Origin: an uncultured Aliarcobacter sp.
GTDB taxonomy: Bacteria; Campylobacterota; Campylobacteria; Campylobacterales; Arcobacteraceae
Assembly: GCA_963677435.1 (NCBI GenBank)
Contig: OY781945.1
Coordinates: 2,912,001 to 2,976,000 of the forward strand
Length of the DNA stretch: 64,000 bases
Direction of reading: 5' to 3'
The first letter of the stretch is position 1. Every line of letters starts with the position of its first letter. The notes below the pieces were generated by a model, which did no database searches, was not told the DNA's origin, and was given only the letters and a program-made list of their open reading frames with translations. Both the position numbers and the translations under genes were made by a program. This document shows, piece after piece, positions 10,700 through 20,307 of this stretch.

Positions 10700-12940
10700 A
10701 TGATAAATAATTCAATAAATAAAAAGTTCTCACTTTTAATTGGAATCACTCTTGTTATTGTAATGATTATCTTTACAATCATCATGATAAGAAGTATAAA
10801 AACTAAAGTCATAGATGATTTAGAAATTAATTTGCAAACACAAGCAGAAAACTATCTTAGAACTGCACGAATTTATAATGATTCATTAGAAGTAAATGCC
10901 TTAACACTTTTTAATGTGTTTGAAAAATCTTTTTTAAATTTACGAATAAGAGATGCTAGTACTATTAAAATAAATGGTGTTGAAACATTAACACTTTATG
11001 ATGGATTTGTTGGATTAAATAAAACCTTCGATAAAGTTGATCGTTTTAAAGAATTAACAGGTGCAGTTGCAGCTGCATATGTTAAAGATAAAAATGATTA
11101 TATAAATATCTCTTCTTCAATTTTAGATGAAAATGGTGAGAGAATATTATTAAATAAAATTGATCCTAATGAAGATATTTTTAAAACTATTGAAAATAAA
11201 GAAAAATATATAGGTTTAGAAAAAATTGCTGGAAAAACTTATATGTCAATTTATTCTCCAATTATAAAAAATGATCAAATTATTGGAGCTTTATATATTG
11301 GTTACGATTTTACAAAAGGTTTAGAAACTCTAAAAAATGAATTAAGAAAAGTTGTTATTGGAGATACTGGTTATATCTATATTCTTGATAAAAAAGGAAA
11401 TTTAGTTCTTCATAAATCTTTAGAAGGTAAAAATGTATTTAATTTAAAAGATGCTGATGACAAAAATTTTATTCAAGAAATTATAAAAAATAAAAATGGG
11501 GTAATACATTATAACTATGTTGATAAAGATAAAAAAACTAAAAAAATTGCAGCATATACTACTTATGATAAATGGAAATGGACAATAATTGTAGGTTCAA
11601 ATGAAAATGAATTTTTAGCAATATCAGAACAAGTTCAAATCATGTTTATCTTTGCAACTATTATTTTAATAGTTCTTTTACAAACTATTATATATATTTT
11701 GATGACTAAGATGGTATCTAATCCATTAGAAAAATTCCAAAACGGATTGTTAGATTTCTTTGCCTATATTAATCAAACAAAAGATGATGTATCAAAAATT
11801 GATATTAAAACAGAAGATGAAATTGGTAAAATGGCAAAAGTAATTAATGAAAATATTGAAGCTACAAAAGTTAATTTGACAGAAGATAAAAATCTTATTT
11901 CAAATGTAAAAGAAGTTGTAAATGAAATAAGTAAAGGATACTTAAATAAAAGAATTCAAAGTTCTAGTAATACAACTTCTTTAAATGAGTTAAAAGAACT
12001 TATAAATAATATGCTAAATAACTTAGAAAATTTTGTAGGAAAAGATATAAATCAACTTAGTTTAGTTTTAGAGCATTATTCAAATAAAGATTTTACAAAA
12101 ACTCTGAAAAAAGAGATAAATGGTAAAATAGGTCATGAAATAGCAATTATGAATAATATAATCACTGAAATGTTATTAAATAATCAAGAAGATGGATTAA
12201 AACTAAGAGATACTTCAAATGAATTATCAAATAATGTTTCACTGTTAAGTCAAAATGCAACGAATCAAGCAGCTTCATTGGAAGAGATTGCAGCTTCAAT
12301 TACTGAAGTTACTGAAAATGTAAATCAAACAAGCCAAAAAGCACAAAGTATGTTTGCTATATCTTCTCAAACACAAAAATCTTCAAATTCAGGTAAAGAA
12401 TTAGCTACTAAAACTGTTTCATCAATGGATCAAATAAATGAAAAAGTTCAAACTATTAGTCAATCAATTGCCGTAATTGACCAAATTGCTTTCCAAACAA
12501 ATATTCTTTCATTAAATGCTGCTGTTGAAGCAGCAACTGCAGGAGAAGCTGGAAAAGGATTTGCAGTTGTTGCAGCAGAAGTGAGAAATCTAGCAGCAAG
12601 AAGTGCAGAAGCAGCTAGACAGATTAAAGAATTAGTAGAATCAGCTAGTCGGCAAACTCTTGAAGGAAAAGAGATTAGTACAAATATGATTGCAGGATTT
12701 GAAAAATTAGAAGAAAAAATAAATGAAACAAATATTATTATCAATGATGTTGCAACTGGAGCAAAAGAGCAAACAGCAGCAATGATTAGTATTAGCGAAA
12801 CAATAAATAATTTAGATAGATTTACTCAACAAAATGCTCAAGTAGCAGATGAAACTAATAAAATTTCAAGCGATACAAATGAGATTGCAAATAAAGTTGT
12901 AGAAAATGTAAATGAAAGTAAATTTATAGGGAAAAAATAG
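10700..12940 (+). CDS. Methyl-accepting chemotaxis protein with periplasmic Cache domains
   Basis: Two TM helices, GDTGYIYILD Cache motif, IAFQTNILSLNAAVEAATAGEAGKGFAVVAAEVR signalling hairpin. Confidence 0.95.
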   Translation: MINNSINKKFSLLIGITLVIVMIIFTIIMIRSIKTKVIDDLEINLQTQAENYLRTARIYNDSLEVNALTLFNVFEKSFLNLRIRDASTIKINGVETLTLYDGFVGLNKTFDKVDRFKELTGAVAAAYVKDKNDYINISSSILDENGERILLNKIDPNEDIFKTIENKEKYIGLEKIAGKTYMSIYSPIIKNDQIIGALYIGYDFTKGLETLKNELRKVVIGDTGYIYILDKKGNLVLHKSLEGKNVFNLKDADDKNFIQEIIKNKNGVIHYNYVDKDKKTKKIAAYTTYDKWKWTIIVGSNENEFLAISEQVQIMFIFATIILIVLLQTIIYILMTKMVSNPLEKFQNGLLDFFAYINQTKDDVSKIDIKTEDEIGKMAKVINENIEATKVNLTEDKNLISNVKEVVNEISKGYLNKRIQSSSNTTSLNELKELINNMLNNLENFVGKDINQLSLVLEHYSNKDFTKTLKKEINGKIGHEIAIMNNIITEMLLNNQEDGLKLRDTSNELSNNVSLLSQNATNQAASLEEIAASITEVTENVNQTSQKAQSMFAISSQTQKSSNSGKELATKTVSSMDQINEKVQTISQSIAVIDQIAFQTNILSLNAAVEAATAGEAGKGFAVVAAEVRNLAARSAEAARQIKELVESASRQTLEGKEISTNMIAGFEKLEEKINETNIIINDVATGAKEQTAAMISISETINNLDRFTQQNAQVADETNKISSDTNEIANKVVENVNESKFIGKK

Positions 12941-12955
12941 ATTTTAAATAGGAAT

Positions 12956-13585
12956 TTAGGTTGAAGCTAACCAAATTCCTATTCCTATCATCATTGAACC
13001 AGCAATTTTATTTAATAGTTTTACATTTGAAGAATTTTGTAATAACTTTCTCAAAGTTCTTCCCCCACTTGCATATATAATCAAACATGAAAATTCCAAT
13101 GAAAGTATTAATATAATTAAAACTGTTAACTGTGGTACAAAAGCTAATTTCTCATCTATAAAAGGTGGTAAAAGAGCTATAAAAAAAGCCCAACCTTTTG
13201 GATTTGCAATTGCTGTTATAAAACCTTGCATTGCAAGATTCTTTTTTGAAACATTAAAACTACAACCTTCTAAATTTAAAGCCATTTTTCCCCTTGATAG
13301 CCACATTGAAATACCAAGATAGATTAAATAAGCTCCACCTGCATATTTTAAAACAATAAAAATTGTTGGATGATTTAGCATAATAGTAGCAACTCCTATC
13401 ACAGAAGAAGTAGCAACAAGAGCAACTCCAAAAAGTTCACCTGCCATCATGTACATGGTTCTTTTCAAACCTATACTCATTCCCATACTCAAAGCAAGTG
13501 TCATACACATTCCAGGTGTAATTGAAACAAAAAAGAAAGTTGGTATAAATATTGCTAAAATTGATAAATTTATATAATCAAACAT
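12956..13585 (-). CDS. LysE/RhtB family amino acid exporter
   Basis: SITPG and ANPKG motifs, TM pattern. Confidence 0.9.
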   Translation of the reverse strand: MFDYINLSILAIFIPTFFFVSITPGMCMTLALSMGMSIGLKRTMYMMAGELFGVALVATSSVIGVATIMLNHPTIFIVLKYAGGAYLIYLGISMWLSRGKMALNLEGCSFNVSKKNLAMQGFITAIANPKGWAFFIALLPPFIDEKLAFVPQLTVLIILILSLEFSCLIIYASGGRTLRKLLQNSSNVKLLNKIAGSMMIGIGIWLAST

Positions 13586-13631
13586 GAGAGTTCCTTTTAA
13601 AAAAGGAAAAATTATACAGAAGTATTATTAA

Positions 13632-13665
13632 TTTAAAGCCAATAAATTAAATTATTGACTTTAAA
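13632..13665 (-). terminator. Putative terminator downstream of ald
   Basis: TTTAAAG(C)CAATAA...TTATTG(A)CTTTAAA imperfect inverted repeat. Confidence 0.5.
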
Positions 13666-13678
13666 CAATTTGTGATGA

Positions 13679-14785
13679 TCAGAAAGTTATAGGCTCATAT
13701 GCAATATTTAAACTTTTTGCAACTGCTTCATTTGTTAATTTTCCATCATAAGTATTAAGACCATTTAATAAGTGTTTATCATCAGTTAATGCTTTTTCTA
13801 AACCTTTATTAGCTATTGCCAAACCATGTCTTAATGTAGTTGCTGTTAATGCTAAAGTAGAAGTTAAAGAAACAGCTCCTGGCATATTTGCAACACAATA
13901 ATGTAATACATCATTTACCACATAAGTTGGATTATCATGATATGTAGCTTTTGATGTTTCAAAACAACCACCTTGGTCAATTGCAACATCAACTACAACT
14001 GCATTTTTCTTCATAAGTTTTAAATCATCTTTAGAGATAAGTTTAGGAGCAACAGCACCTGGAATTAAAACAGCCCCTATTACTAAATCTGCTTCTTTGA
14101 TTGATTTTAAGATATTTGATCTATTTGAAAATAGTGTATTTACTTTTGAACCAAATAAATCATCATAATATGCCAATCTTGAAGCTGAAATATCCATAAC
14201 TGTAACATTTGCACCAAGTCCAACACACATTTTACAAGCATTAAGTCCAACAATTCCACCACCAATAATTAGCACATTACCTTTTTGAACACCAGGAACT
14301 CCACCTAATAAAACTCCCCTTCCACCAAATGGTTTTTCTAAATATTTTGCTCCCTCTTGAGCTGCAAGTCTTCCTGCGATTTCACTCATAGGAGTTAAAC
14401 AAGGTAAACCACCCTCAGCAGATGTAATAGTTTCATAAGCTACAGCTTTTATCTTTTTAGCTAATAACATCTCAGCTTGTGGTTTATCAGCAGCTATATG
14501 CAAATAAGTGTATAAGATATGACCTTCATGGAAGAAGTCATATTCCTCTGGCAACGGCTCTTTTACTTTTACAATCATTTCAGAATCATCAAAAAGTTTT
14601 TGTTTGTCTTCAACAATTGTACCACCAGCTTTTACATACTCTTCATTTTCAAAACCAGCTCCAATACCTGCATCAATTTCTACAAAAACTGTATGACCAT
14701 TTTTTACATATCCTGCCACATCATCTGGTGTTAAACCAACTCTATACTCATGTACTTTAATCTCTTTTACTAATCCAATTTTCAT
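13679..14785 (-). CDS. ald: Alanine dehydrogenase
   Basis: KEIKVHEYRV, KVKEP, PMSEIAGR, DVAIDQGGCFETS, HYCVANMPGAV. Confidence 0.97.
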   Translation of the reverse strand: MKIGLVKEIKVHEYRVGLTPDDVAGYVKNGHTVFVEIDAGIGAGFENEEYVKAGGTIVEDKQKLFDDSEMIVKVKEPLPEEYDFFHEGHILYTYLHIAADKPQAEMLLAKKIKAVAYETITSAEGGLPCLTPMSEIAGRLAAQEGAKYLEKPFGGRGVLLGGVPGVQKGNVLIIGGGIVGLNACKMCVGLGANVTVMDISASRLAYYDDLFGSKVNTLFSNRSNILKSIKEADLVIGAVLIPGAVAPKLISKDDLKLMKKNAVVVDVAIDQGGCFETSKATYHDNPTYVVNDVLHYCVANMPGAVSLTSTLALTATTLRHGLAIANKGLEKALTDDKHLLNGLNTYDGKLTNEAVAKSLNIAYEPITF

Positions 14786-14796
14786 CTTTTTCCCTT

Positions 14797-15930
14797 TTAA
14801 TTAAATATTTTTTTATGTGAGTTACTTACAAATCTTTTTAAAAAGTAAGCAATAAAGCCTTTTACTTTCATACCTAAAACTATTCCAACAGTATTTTTAT
14901 TTGCTAAATCTATCATTACTCCTTTGGTTTCAGATTCATTTTTCAATAAACTATTTCCACTTATTGAATTTATTATATTTTGTGCTGTTAATTTTCCATG
15001 TATTTTTGCTATTTGAGCTGTTGGCAAAGTATAATTGCCATTTTTGTCTTTTGTTTGAGCGATATCACCAATAACAAATACCTCTTTGTAATTGATTAAT
15101 CTTAAATATTCATCAACAATAAACTGATTTTTTACATTAATTTGTACATTTTCATCGCTTACAAGTTTTTCACTTGTCACTCCAATTAAAAATAAAACCA
15201 TATCAAAAGGAATTTTTCTTGAGTCACTTAAATAAATAGTATTATCTTTTACTTCACTAACAAATGCACCGTGATATCTTTTTATATTACATTCATCACA
15301 AGCTTCTCTTGTTTTATTTACTAAAAAAGGATCCATATTTGGTAAAATATCTGGTAATTGCTCTATTAAAGAGATTTGACACTGTGTAGTTGGAATCTTT
15401 TTTTCTTTTAAAGTATTAGCAAATTCAAGGGCAATTTCAATACCTGATAATCCACCACCAATTATTGCTATGTTTTTATTCTCTTTTTGTAGTTCTAATA
15501 AATCTAAAAATTTTTCTCTTTGCTGTTTTAAAATATTAATATCTTTTATATCAGAGGCATACTCTTGAATATTTTTTATTTGTTTTGGGAAAAAAGATAC
15601 ACTTCCTGTTGCAATTACTAAATAATCATAACTAACAGCTTGTTTATTTTCTAAAAGAACACACTTTTTATCAAAGGCAATATCTTCAACATTAGCTTTG
15701 ATAAACTTTATTTTTTTATTTTCACAATATGTATTCAAATCAAAAGCCACTTCTTCAAATGTGCATTGAGAACTTATAAATTTATGAATATCTGTTTGAT
15801 GTAAATGAAATGAATTTTTATTTATTAATATTATTTCTAAATCATTATTATTTCTTATATTTTCAATTAAAGAAATTCCACTATATCCAGCACCTACAAT
15901 TACAACTCTTTTTTTAATTTTATTAAACAT
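14797..15930 (-). CDS. NAD(P)/FAD-dependent oxidoreductase, type II NADH dehydrogenase-like
   Basis: Two Rossmann motifs (VGAGYSG, IGGGLSGIE), YDYLVIATG, VFVIGD, LPTAQIA. Confidence 0.82.
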   Translation of the reverse strand: MFNKIKKRVVIVGAGYSGISLIENIRNNNDLEIILINKNSFHLHQTDIHKFISSQCTFEEVAFDLNTYCENKKIKFIKANVEDIAFDKKCVLLENKQAVSYDYLVIATGSVSFFPKQIKNIQEYASDIKDINILKQQREKFLDLLELQKENKNIAIIGGGLSGIEIALEFANTLKEKKIPTTQCQISLIEQLPDILPNMDPFLVNKTREACDECNIKRYHGAFVSEVKDNTIYLSDSRKIPFDMVLFLIGVTSEKLVSDENVQINVKNQFIVDEYLRLINYKEVFVIGDIAQTKDKNGNYTLPTAQIAKIHGKLTAQNIINSISGNSLLKNESETKGVMIDLANKNTVGIVLGMKVKGFIAYFLKRFVSNSHKKIFN

Positions 15931-16142
15931 TTTTTATCCACTTTATTAAATTAAATTAAAATATATCCTATTTGTTTAATATATTTTAAATAATATTAAA
16001 ATATTAGCATATATTTTTAAATTAAACTACATTATTTGTAAACTTTTTATACAATTTTTTAATTAGATTAAATAAATTTGATATAAATTCATTTTAATGA
16101 CCTTTTTGATATACTTGATTTACTTAGTAAAAGGGTGATAAA

Positions 16143-16727
16143 TTGAAAGAAGAATTTGATGTAGGTAAAAAAATCAAGAAGTTAAGAACACGAAAAGGAA
16201 TGGCAGCAAAGCAATTAGCTAATGAAGCTGAAATATCTTTTGGAATGTTATCTCAACTTGAAAAAGGTTCAACGCAAGGCTCAGTTGAAACATTAAGAAA
16301 AATTGCAAAAGTTTTAGATGTTACACTAGCTCATTTATTCACTGATGAAGAAGATGTTAATTATATTAAAAATATTGAAGATGAATCATTTTATATCGTA
16401 AGAGCAGATAAAAGGAAAAAAATATCTTTCCCTGATCCTTTATATAACTGTGAATTATTAGTACCGGACTTACAAGGGGAAGTTGAACTTTTACAGGTCA
16501 ACTTAGAACCATTTAGAATTACAGATGCTATTATTCCCCATACAAAAGGTGGAGAAGAGTGTGATTATGTATTAGATGGCGAAATTACTGTAACTTTAGG
16601 AGAGAAAGAATTTCTCTTAAAAAAAGGTGATTGTATTAGATTTGACCCAGAAATTCCACATAAAATAGAAAATCGAAGTGAAAACAAAGCTTCATATCTT
16701 TCGATTATAACTCCCGTATCTTTTTAG
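16143..16727 (+). CDS. XRE-family HTH transcriptional regulator with C-terminal cupin domain
   Basis: LSQLEKG...SVETLRKIAKVL HTH; HxxxEE...GD...PH cupin motif; TTG start; divergent from the ndh-like/ald operon. Confidence 0.9.
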   Translation: MKEEFDVGKKIKKLRTRKGMAAKQLANEAEISFGMLSQLEKGSTQGSVETLRKIAKVLDVTLAHLFTDEEDVNYIKNIEDESFYIVRADKRKKISFPDPLYNCELLVPDLQGEVELLQVNLEPFRITDAIIPHTKGGEECDYVLDGEITVTLGEKEFLLKKGDCIRFDPEIPHKIENRSENKASYLSIITPVSF

Positions 16728-16847
16728 AAAAGTAAAATTAAAGATATAGTTCAAACTATTCTTTGATTTTATTCTTGAATTAACATTAAAAATCATCTAA
16801 ATAAAAATCTTATACAAACTTTTCACTAAAAAATAGTACTATTTTTT

Positions 16848-17225
16848 ATGAAAAAATTTATATTACTTGTATTCCTAATAAATCTAAATCTTTTTGCTTC
16901 AGATATTCAAGCAGCTTATGCAATAGGTATTTTTCATGAAAATGGAATGGGCGAAAATATTCAACATAAAAAAAGCACTGATCAAGATTATAATGGAATC
17001 TGCTTTTCTAAAATTGTTATTTTTGGAAATTATAGTTTACATTCAAAGATTGAAGTAATGATTGGAAATTCTCTTGGATACTTTGTAAGTAAAATTCCTA
17101 TTTACAATAATTATAAAATAAAAATTGGTGATGAATTAACTTTTAAGCACAATAATATAACTAAAGGTTATTTTGAAGTAAAAATTGATGGGAAACTATA
17201 TGACATAAAAGTTTTTATTAAATAA
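16848..17225 (+). CDS. Hypothetical exported protein
   Basis: 125-aa ORF with signal-peptide-like N-terminus (MKKFILLVFLINLNLFA). Confidence 0.65.
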   Translation: MKKFILLVFLINLNLFASDIQAAYAIGIFHENGMGENIQHKKSTDQDYNGICFSKIVIFGNYSLHSKIEVMIGNSLGYFVSKIPIYNNYKIKIGDELTFKHNNITKGYFEVKIDGKLYDIKVFIK

Positions 17226-17323
17226 ATTATTTAATTTATTTATTAATTTTTAAATTTCAATAAAATTTTACAATCGTAGCATTAAAATAGCATTCTTTAA
17301 GTTTCAAGTCTGTATAATTACAC

Positions 17324-17409
17324 AAATAAGAAGTTTTATCTACTTATCTCTCCTTAGTTAAAAATTATTGCACTTGTAACAATTTTTTTTAAGATGAAAC
17401 TTCTATTTT
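17324..17409 (+). ncRNA. Candidate small RNA with anti-SD motif
   Basis: TTTAAG...TATAAT (17313-17318) promoter with no downstream ORF; terminal stem 17324-17341/17392-17409 encloses CTCTCCTT and an inner hairpin. Confidence 0.4.
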
Positions 17410-17460
17410 ATTTTAACTACAAAATCAAAACTTAATAACATTAAATTCAATAAAATTTTA

Positions 17461-17488
17461 AAGTAAAATAGCAAAAGCTATTTTACTT
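17461..17488. terminator. Perfect 12-bp hairpin, terminator-like
   Basis: AAGTAAAATAGC-AAAA-GCTATTTTACTT. Confidence 0.55.
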
Positions 17489-17565
17489 AACTTACATAAG
17501 TTCAAATTATCAAACCTTTATATATAAATGGAATTTTTTATTTGTATTTTTAAATTAGTAGAATT

Positions 17566-17599
17566 AAAAGAGAAAAGAATTTAACTTCTTTTCTCTTTT
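17566..17599 (-). terminator. serS terminator
   Basis: AAAAGAGAAAAGAA-TTTAAC-TTCTTTTCTCTTTT inverted repeat at the serS stop. Confidence 0.65.
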
Positions 17600-18836
17600 A
17601 CATATATTTTTTAAGTACTTCTGGAATTCTTACGCTTCCATCTTCATTTTGATAATTTTCCATAATTGCTACAAGTGTTCTTCCAACAGCTAAAGAAGAC
17701 CCATTTAAAGTATGAGTTAAGATATTTTTCTTCCCATCTTTATATCTAATTTTTGCTCGTCTTGATTGGAAATCTCTTGTATTTGAAATTGATGAAATTT
17801 CTCTATATTTATTTTGTCCAGGAAGCCAAACTTCTAAGTCAATAGTAACTGCTGCACTAAATCCTAAATCACCTGTACATAATTGAACTTTTTGATGAGC
17901 AAGTCCAAGTGATGTTAATAAATCAGATGCACAAGATACCATTTTTTCAAATACCTCATCAGATTGTTCAGGAGTTGTAATTGCAACCATTTCAACTTTA
18001 TCAAATTGATGTTGTCTAATTAATCCTCTTGTATCTCGTCCAGCACTTCCTGCTTCTTTTCTAAAACAAGGAGTATAAGAAGTAAGTAACATTGGAAGTT
18101 CTTCTGCTTCTAAAATTTCATCATTAAATAGATTTGTTAAAGATACCTCAGCAGTTGGGATTAAATATAAATCTTCACCTTCAATTTTAAATAAATCATC
18201 AGCAAATTTTGGAAGTTGACCCGTTCCTTGAAGAGTATTTGAGTTTGCCATAAATGGAACATACCATTCATTGAATCCTCTTTCTCTATTAAAATCAAGC
18301 ATATAGTTGATTAATGCACGTTCAAGTCTTGCTCCATCACCTCTTAAAGCTGCAAATCTTGATTTTGCAATTTTTACACCTCTTTCAAAATCAATCCAAC
18401 CATTATTTAAATCCCAATGCTCTTTTGGCTCAAATGAAAAAGTTGGTTTTTGCCCAACAACTTCTAAAATTACATTTTCATTTTCATCAGCACCACTTGG
18501 AACATTTTCATCTGGCATATTTGGAACACCAAGAATAATTGAAGTTAATTCTTCTTCTAGAACTCTAACTTCATCTTCTAATTCTTGTTTTTTATTTTTT
18601 AGATTGTTTATATTTTCTTGAAGTGGAGCAACATCTAAGTTCTCTTTTTTGTATCTTCCAAACTCTTTTGAAAGTAAGTTTTGCTCAGCTGTAACATCTT
18701 CCATCTCTTGTCTTTTTTGTTTTGTGTTAGAGGCAAGTGTTTTTAGGTTATTTAAAAGTTCGTTATCAACACCTTTTCTTTGTAAAGCGTTTACAACATA
18801 ATCGAAATCTTTTTGTAGTAGTTTTATATCTATCAT
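17598..18836 (-). CDS. serS: Serine--tRNA ligase
   Basis: [44 protein letters not shown]; start taken at MIDIK. Confidence 0.98.
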   Translation of the reverse strand: MIDIKLLQKDFDYVVNALQRKGVDNELLNNLKTLASNTKQKRQEMEDVTAEQNLLSKEFGRYKKENLDVAPLQENINNLKNKKQELEDEVRVLEEELTSIILGVPNMPDENVPSGADENENVILEVVGQKPTFSFEPKEHWDLNNGWIDFERGVKIAKSRFAALRGDGARLERALINYMLDFNRERGFNEWYVPFMANSNTLQGTGQLPKFADDLFKIEGEDLYLIPTAEVSLTNLFNDEILEAEELPMLLTSYTPCFRKEAGSAGRDTRGLIRQHQFDKVEMVAITTPEQSDEVFEKMVSCASDLLTSLGLAHQKVQLCTGDLGFSAAVTIDLEVWLPGQNKYREISSISNTRDFQSRRAKIRYKDGKKNILTHTLNGSSLAVGRTLVAIMENYQNEDGSVRIPEVLKKYM

Positions 18837-18911
18837 CTTTGCTCTTTGTTTTATTTTTTTTTGCATTGTAGCTAAAAAAACTCTACAAAGAGATTAGATG
18901 ATAGGTTAAAT

Positions 18912-19118
18912 TTATCCGTTCATTTCCATTTTAATAATTACATTACCGTCAACATATTCACTTCTAAATCTATGTTTATGACAGAAATCTTCATTCATTA
19001 TTATACACATTTCATTTGCTTTTTCTAATGCTTGTTCGATTGTATCAAAATGTGTTTCTTGTTCAAAATCTGAATTTCTAAAACATCCACATGCTTTTTC
19101 AACTATAACTGTTGCCAT
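18912..19118 (-). CDS. Small Cys/His-containing hypothetical protein
   Basis: 68 aa with AAGGA RBS and TGATAAAAT promoter upstream; CGC and CxxxxxxxCHKH motifs. Confidence 0.75.
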   Translation of the reverse strand: MATVIVEKACGCFRNSDFEQETHFDTIEQALEKANEMCIIMNEDFCHKHRFRSEYVDGNVIIKMEMNG

Positions 19119-19186
19119 TATTCTAATCCTTTATAATATTTTTTTGCAATTTTATCATAAAGAGATTAGAACAATCTTTTAGCTTT

Positions 19187-20185
19187 TTACCATTCAAATT
19201 GAAAAGTCGTATGAACTATTTTATATTTTTCTTTTAGATTATGATTTACTTGATTTAAAATCTCTTCATAATCTTCTATATGTTTTTTATCAATTTTTAC
19301 ATGAGCTGTCATATTATACATATCTTGAGTTATTTCCCAAATATGAATATCATGTAGTTCTAAAACTTTTTCATTCTTTTCTATATATTCTTTTACTTCT
19401 GTTATATCTAATGGTGAACTTTCAAGTAGTGTATTTGTAGAATTTTTAAGTACATCAATTGCCCATTTTCCAATAACAATAGCCACAATTAAAGCTAAAA
19501 CAACATCTATAAAATACCATTGAGTAAAATAGATAATTATATACCCAATAATAATTGCAACCGATGAAAGTGCATCACTTAACATATGTACAAAGGCTGA
19601 TTTTAAATTTATATTATTTTTATCCCCTTGCATCAAAATAACACCAGTAATAATATTTACAATCAAACCAATAATAGCCACAATCATTGCCGTTTTTATA
19701 TCTATTATTTGTGGATTTAAAAACCTCTCAATTGCTTCATAAACAATCCAAACTATAGATAAAACAATAGTAATTCCATTTATAAATGCTGCCAATACTT
19801 CTGCTCTATAAAAACCAAAAGTTTTAGAAAGGGGAGCTTTTTTACTTGCTATTATAATTGCAAGAAGAGAAATAATCAAAGCAAAAGAGTGTGTAAACAT
19901 ATGAATAGCATCTGAAACTAAAGCCAAAGAGTTTGATAAAAAACCATAAAAAAACTCCAAGAACATTGTAATTGCGGTAATACTCAAAGCCCATTTTAAA
20001 ACTTTTTTATCTGTTCCCCTATGATCATGGGAATGTCCATGACTATGTTCGTGTTCATGTTCGTGATGGTCATGATGGCAAGTTTCTCCATGGTGGTGAT
20101 GTTCTTTTTCATGATGATGTTCATCTTTTAAATACGGGCTATGTTCATTTAAACCTATCTTGCAGTTATCCATCTTATTATCCAT
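19187..20185 (-). CDS. Cation diffusion facilitator (CzcD/ZitB-like) with His-rich N-terminus
   Basis: SLALVSDAIHM, FGFYRAEVLAA, SAFVHMLSD, HDIHIW; N-terminal poly-His. Confidence 0.92.
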   Translation of the reverse strand: MDNKMDNCKIGLNEHSPYLKDEHHHEKEHHHHGETCHHDHHEHEHEHSHGHSHDHRGTDKKVLKWALSITAITMFLEFFYGFLSNSLALVSDAIHMFTHSFALIISLLAIIIASKKAPLSKTFGFYRAEVLAAFINGITIVLSIVWIVYEAIERFLNPQIIDIKTAMIVAIIGLIVNIITGVILMQGDKNNINLKSAFVHMLSDALSSVAIIIGYIIIYFTQWYFIDVVLALIVAIVIGKWAIDVLKNSTNTLLESSPLDITEVKEYIEKNEKVLELHDIHIWEITQDMYNMTAHVKIDKKHIEDYEEILNQVNHNLKEKYKIVHTTFQFEW

Positions 20186-20307
20186 TTTATATATTTTTTG
20201 AATACTATATTAGTAATACTTAATCCTTACATAATCTATTCCGAGAGTATTTTAGTGTTATGTAATAAAAATTTGACTAAAGTTAAATAGATATAAGGAG
20301 AGAAATT

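Noticed and set aside
15931..16142. Several imperfect palindromes in the ndh-like/XRE divergent region
   Set aside because: The sequence is almost entirely A/T, so such palindromes are expected by chance; no specific operator can be called
18887..19170. 12-bp direct repeat AAAGAGATTAGA at 18887-18898 and 19159-19170 flanking the 68-aa gene
   Set aside because: Only two copies, at different distances from the respective -10 boxes, in AT-rich DNA; not enough to call an operator or target-site duplication
20020..20125. Repetitive TGATG/TGTTC pattern
   Set aside because: It encodes the His-rich N-terminus of the CDF transporter and is not a DNA repeat array
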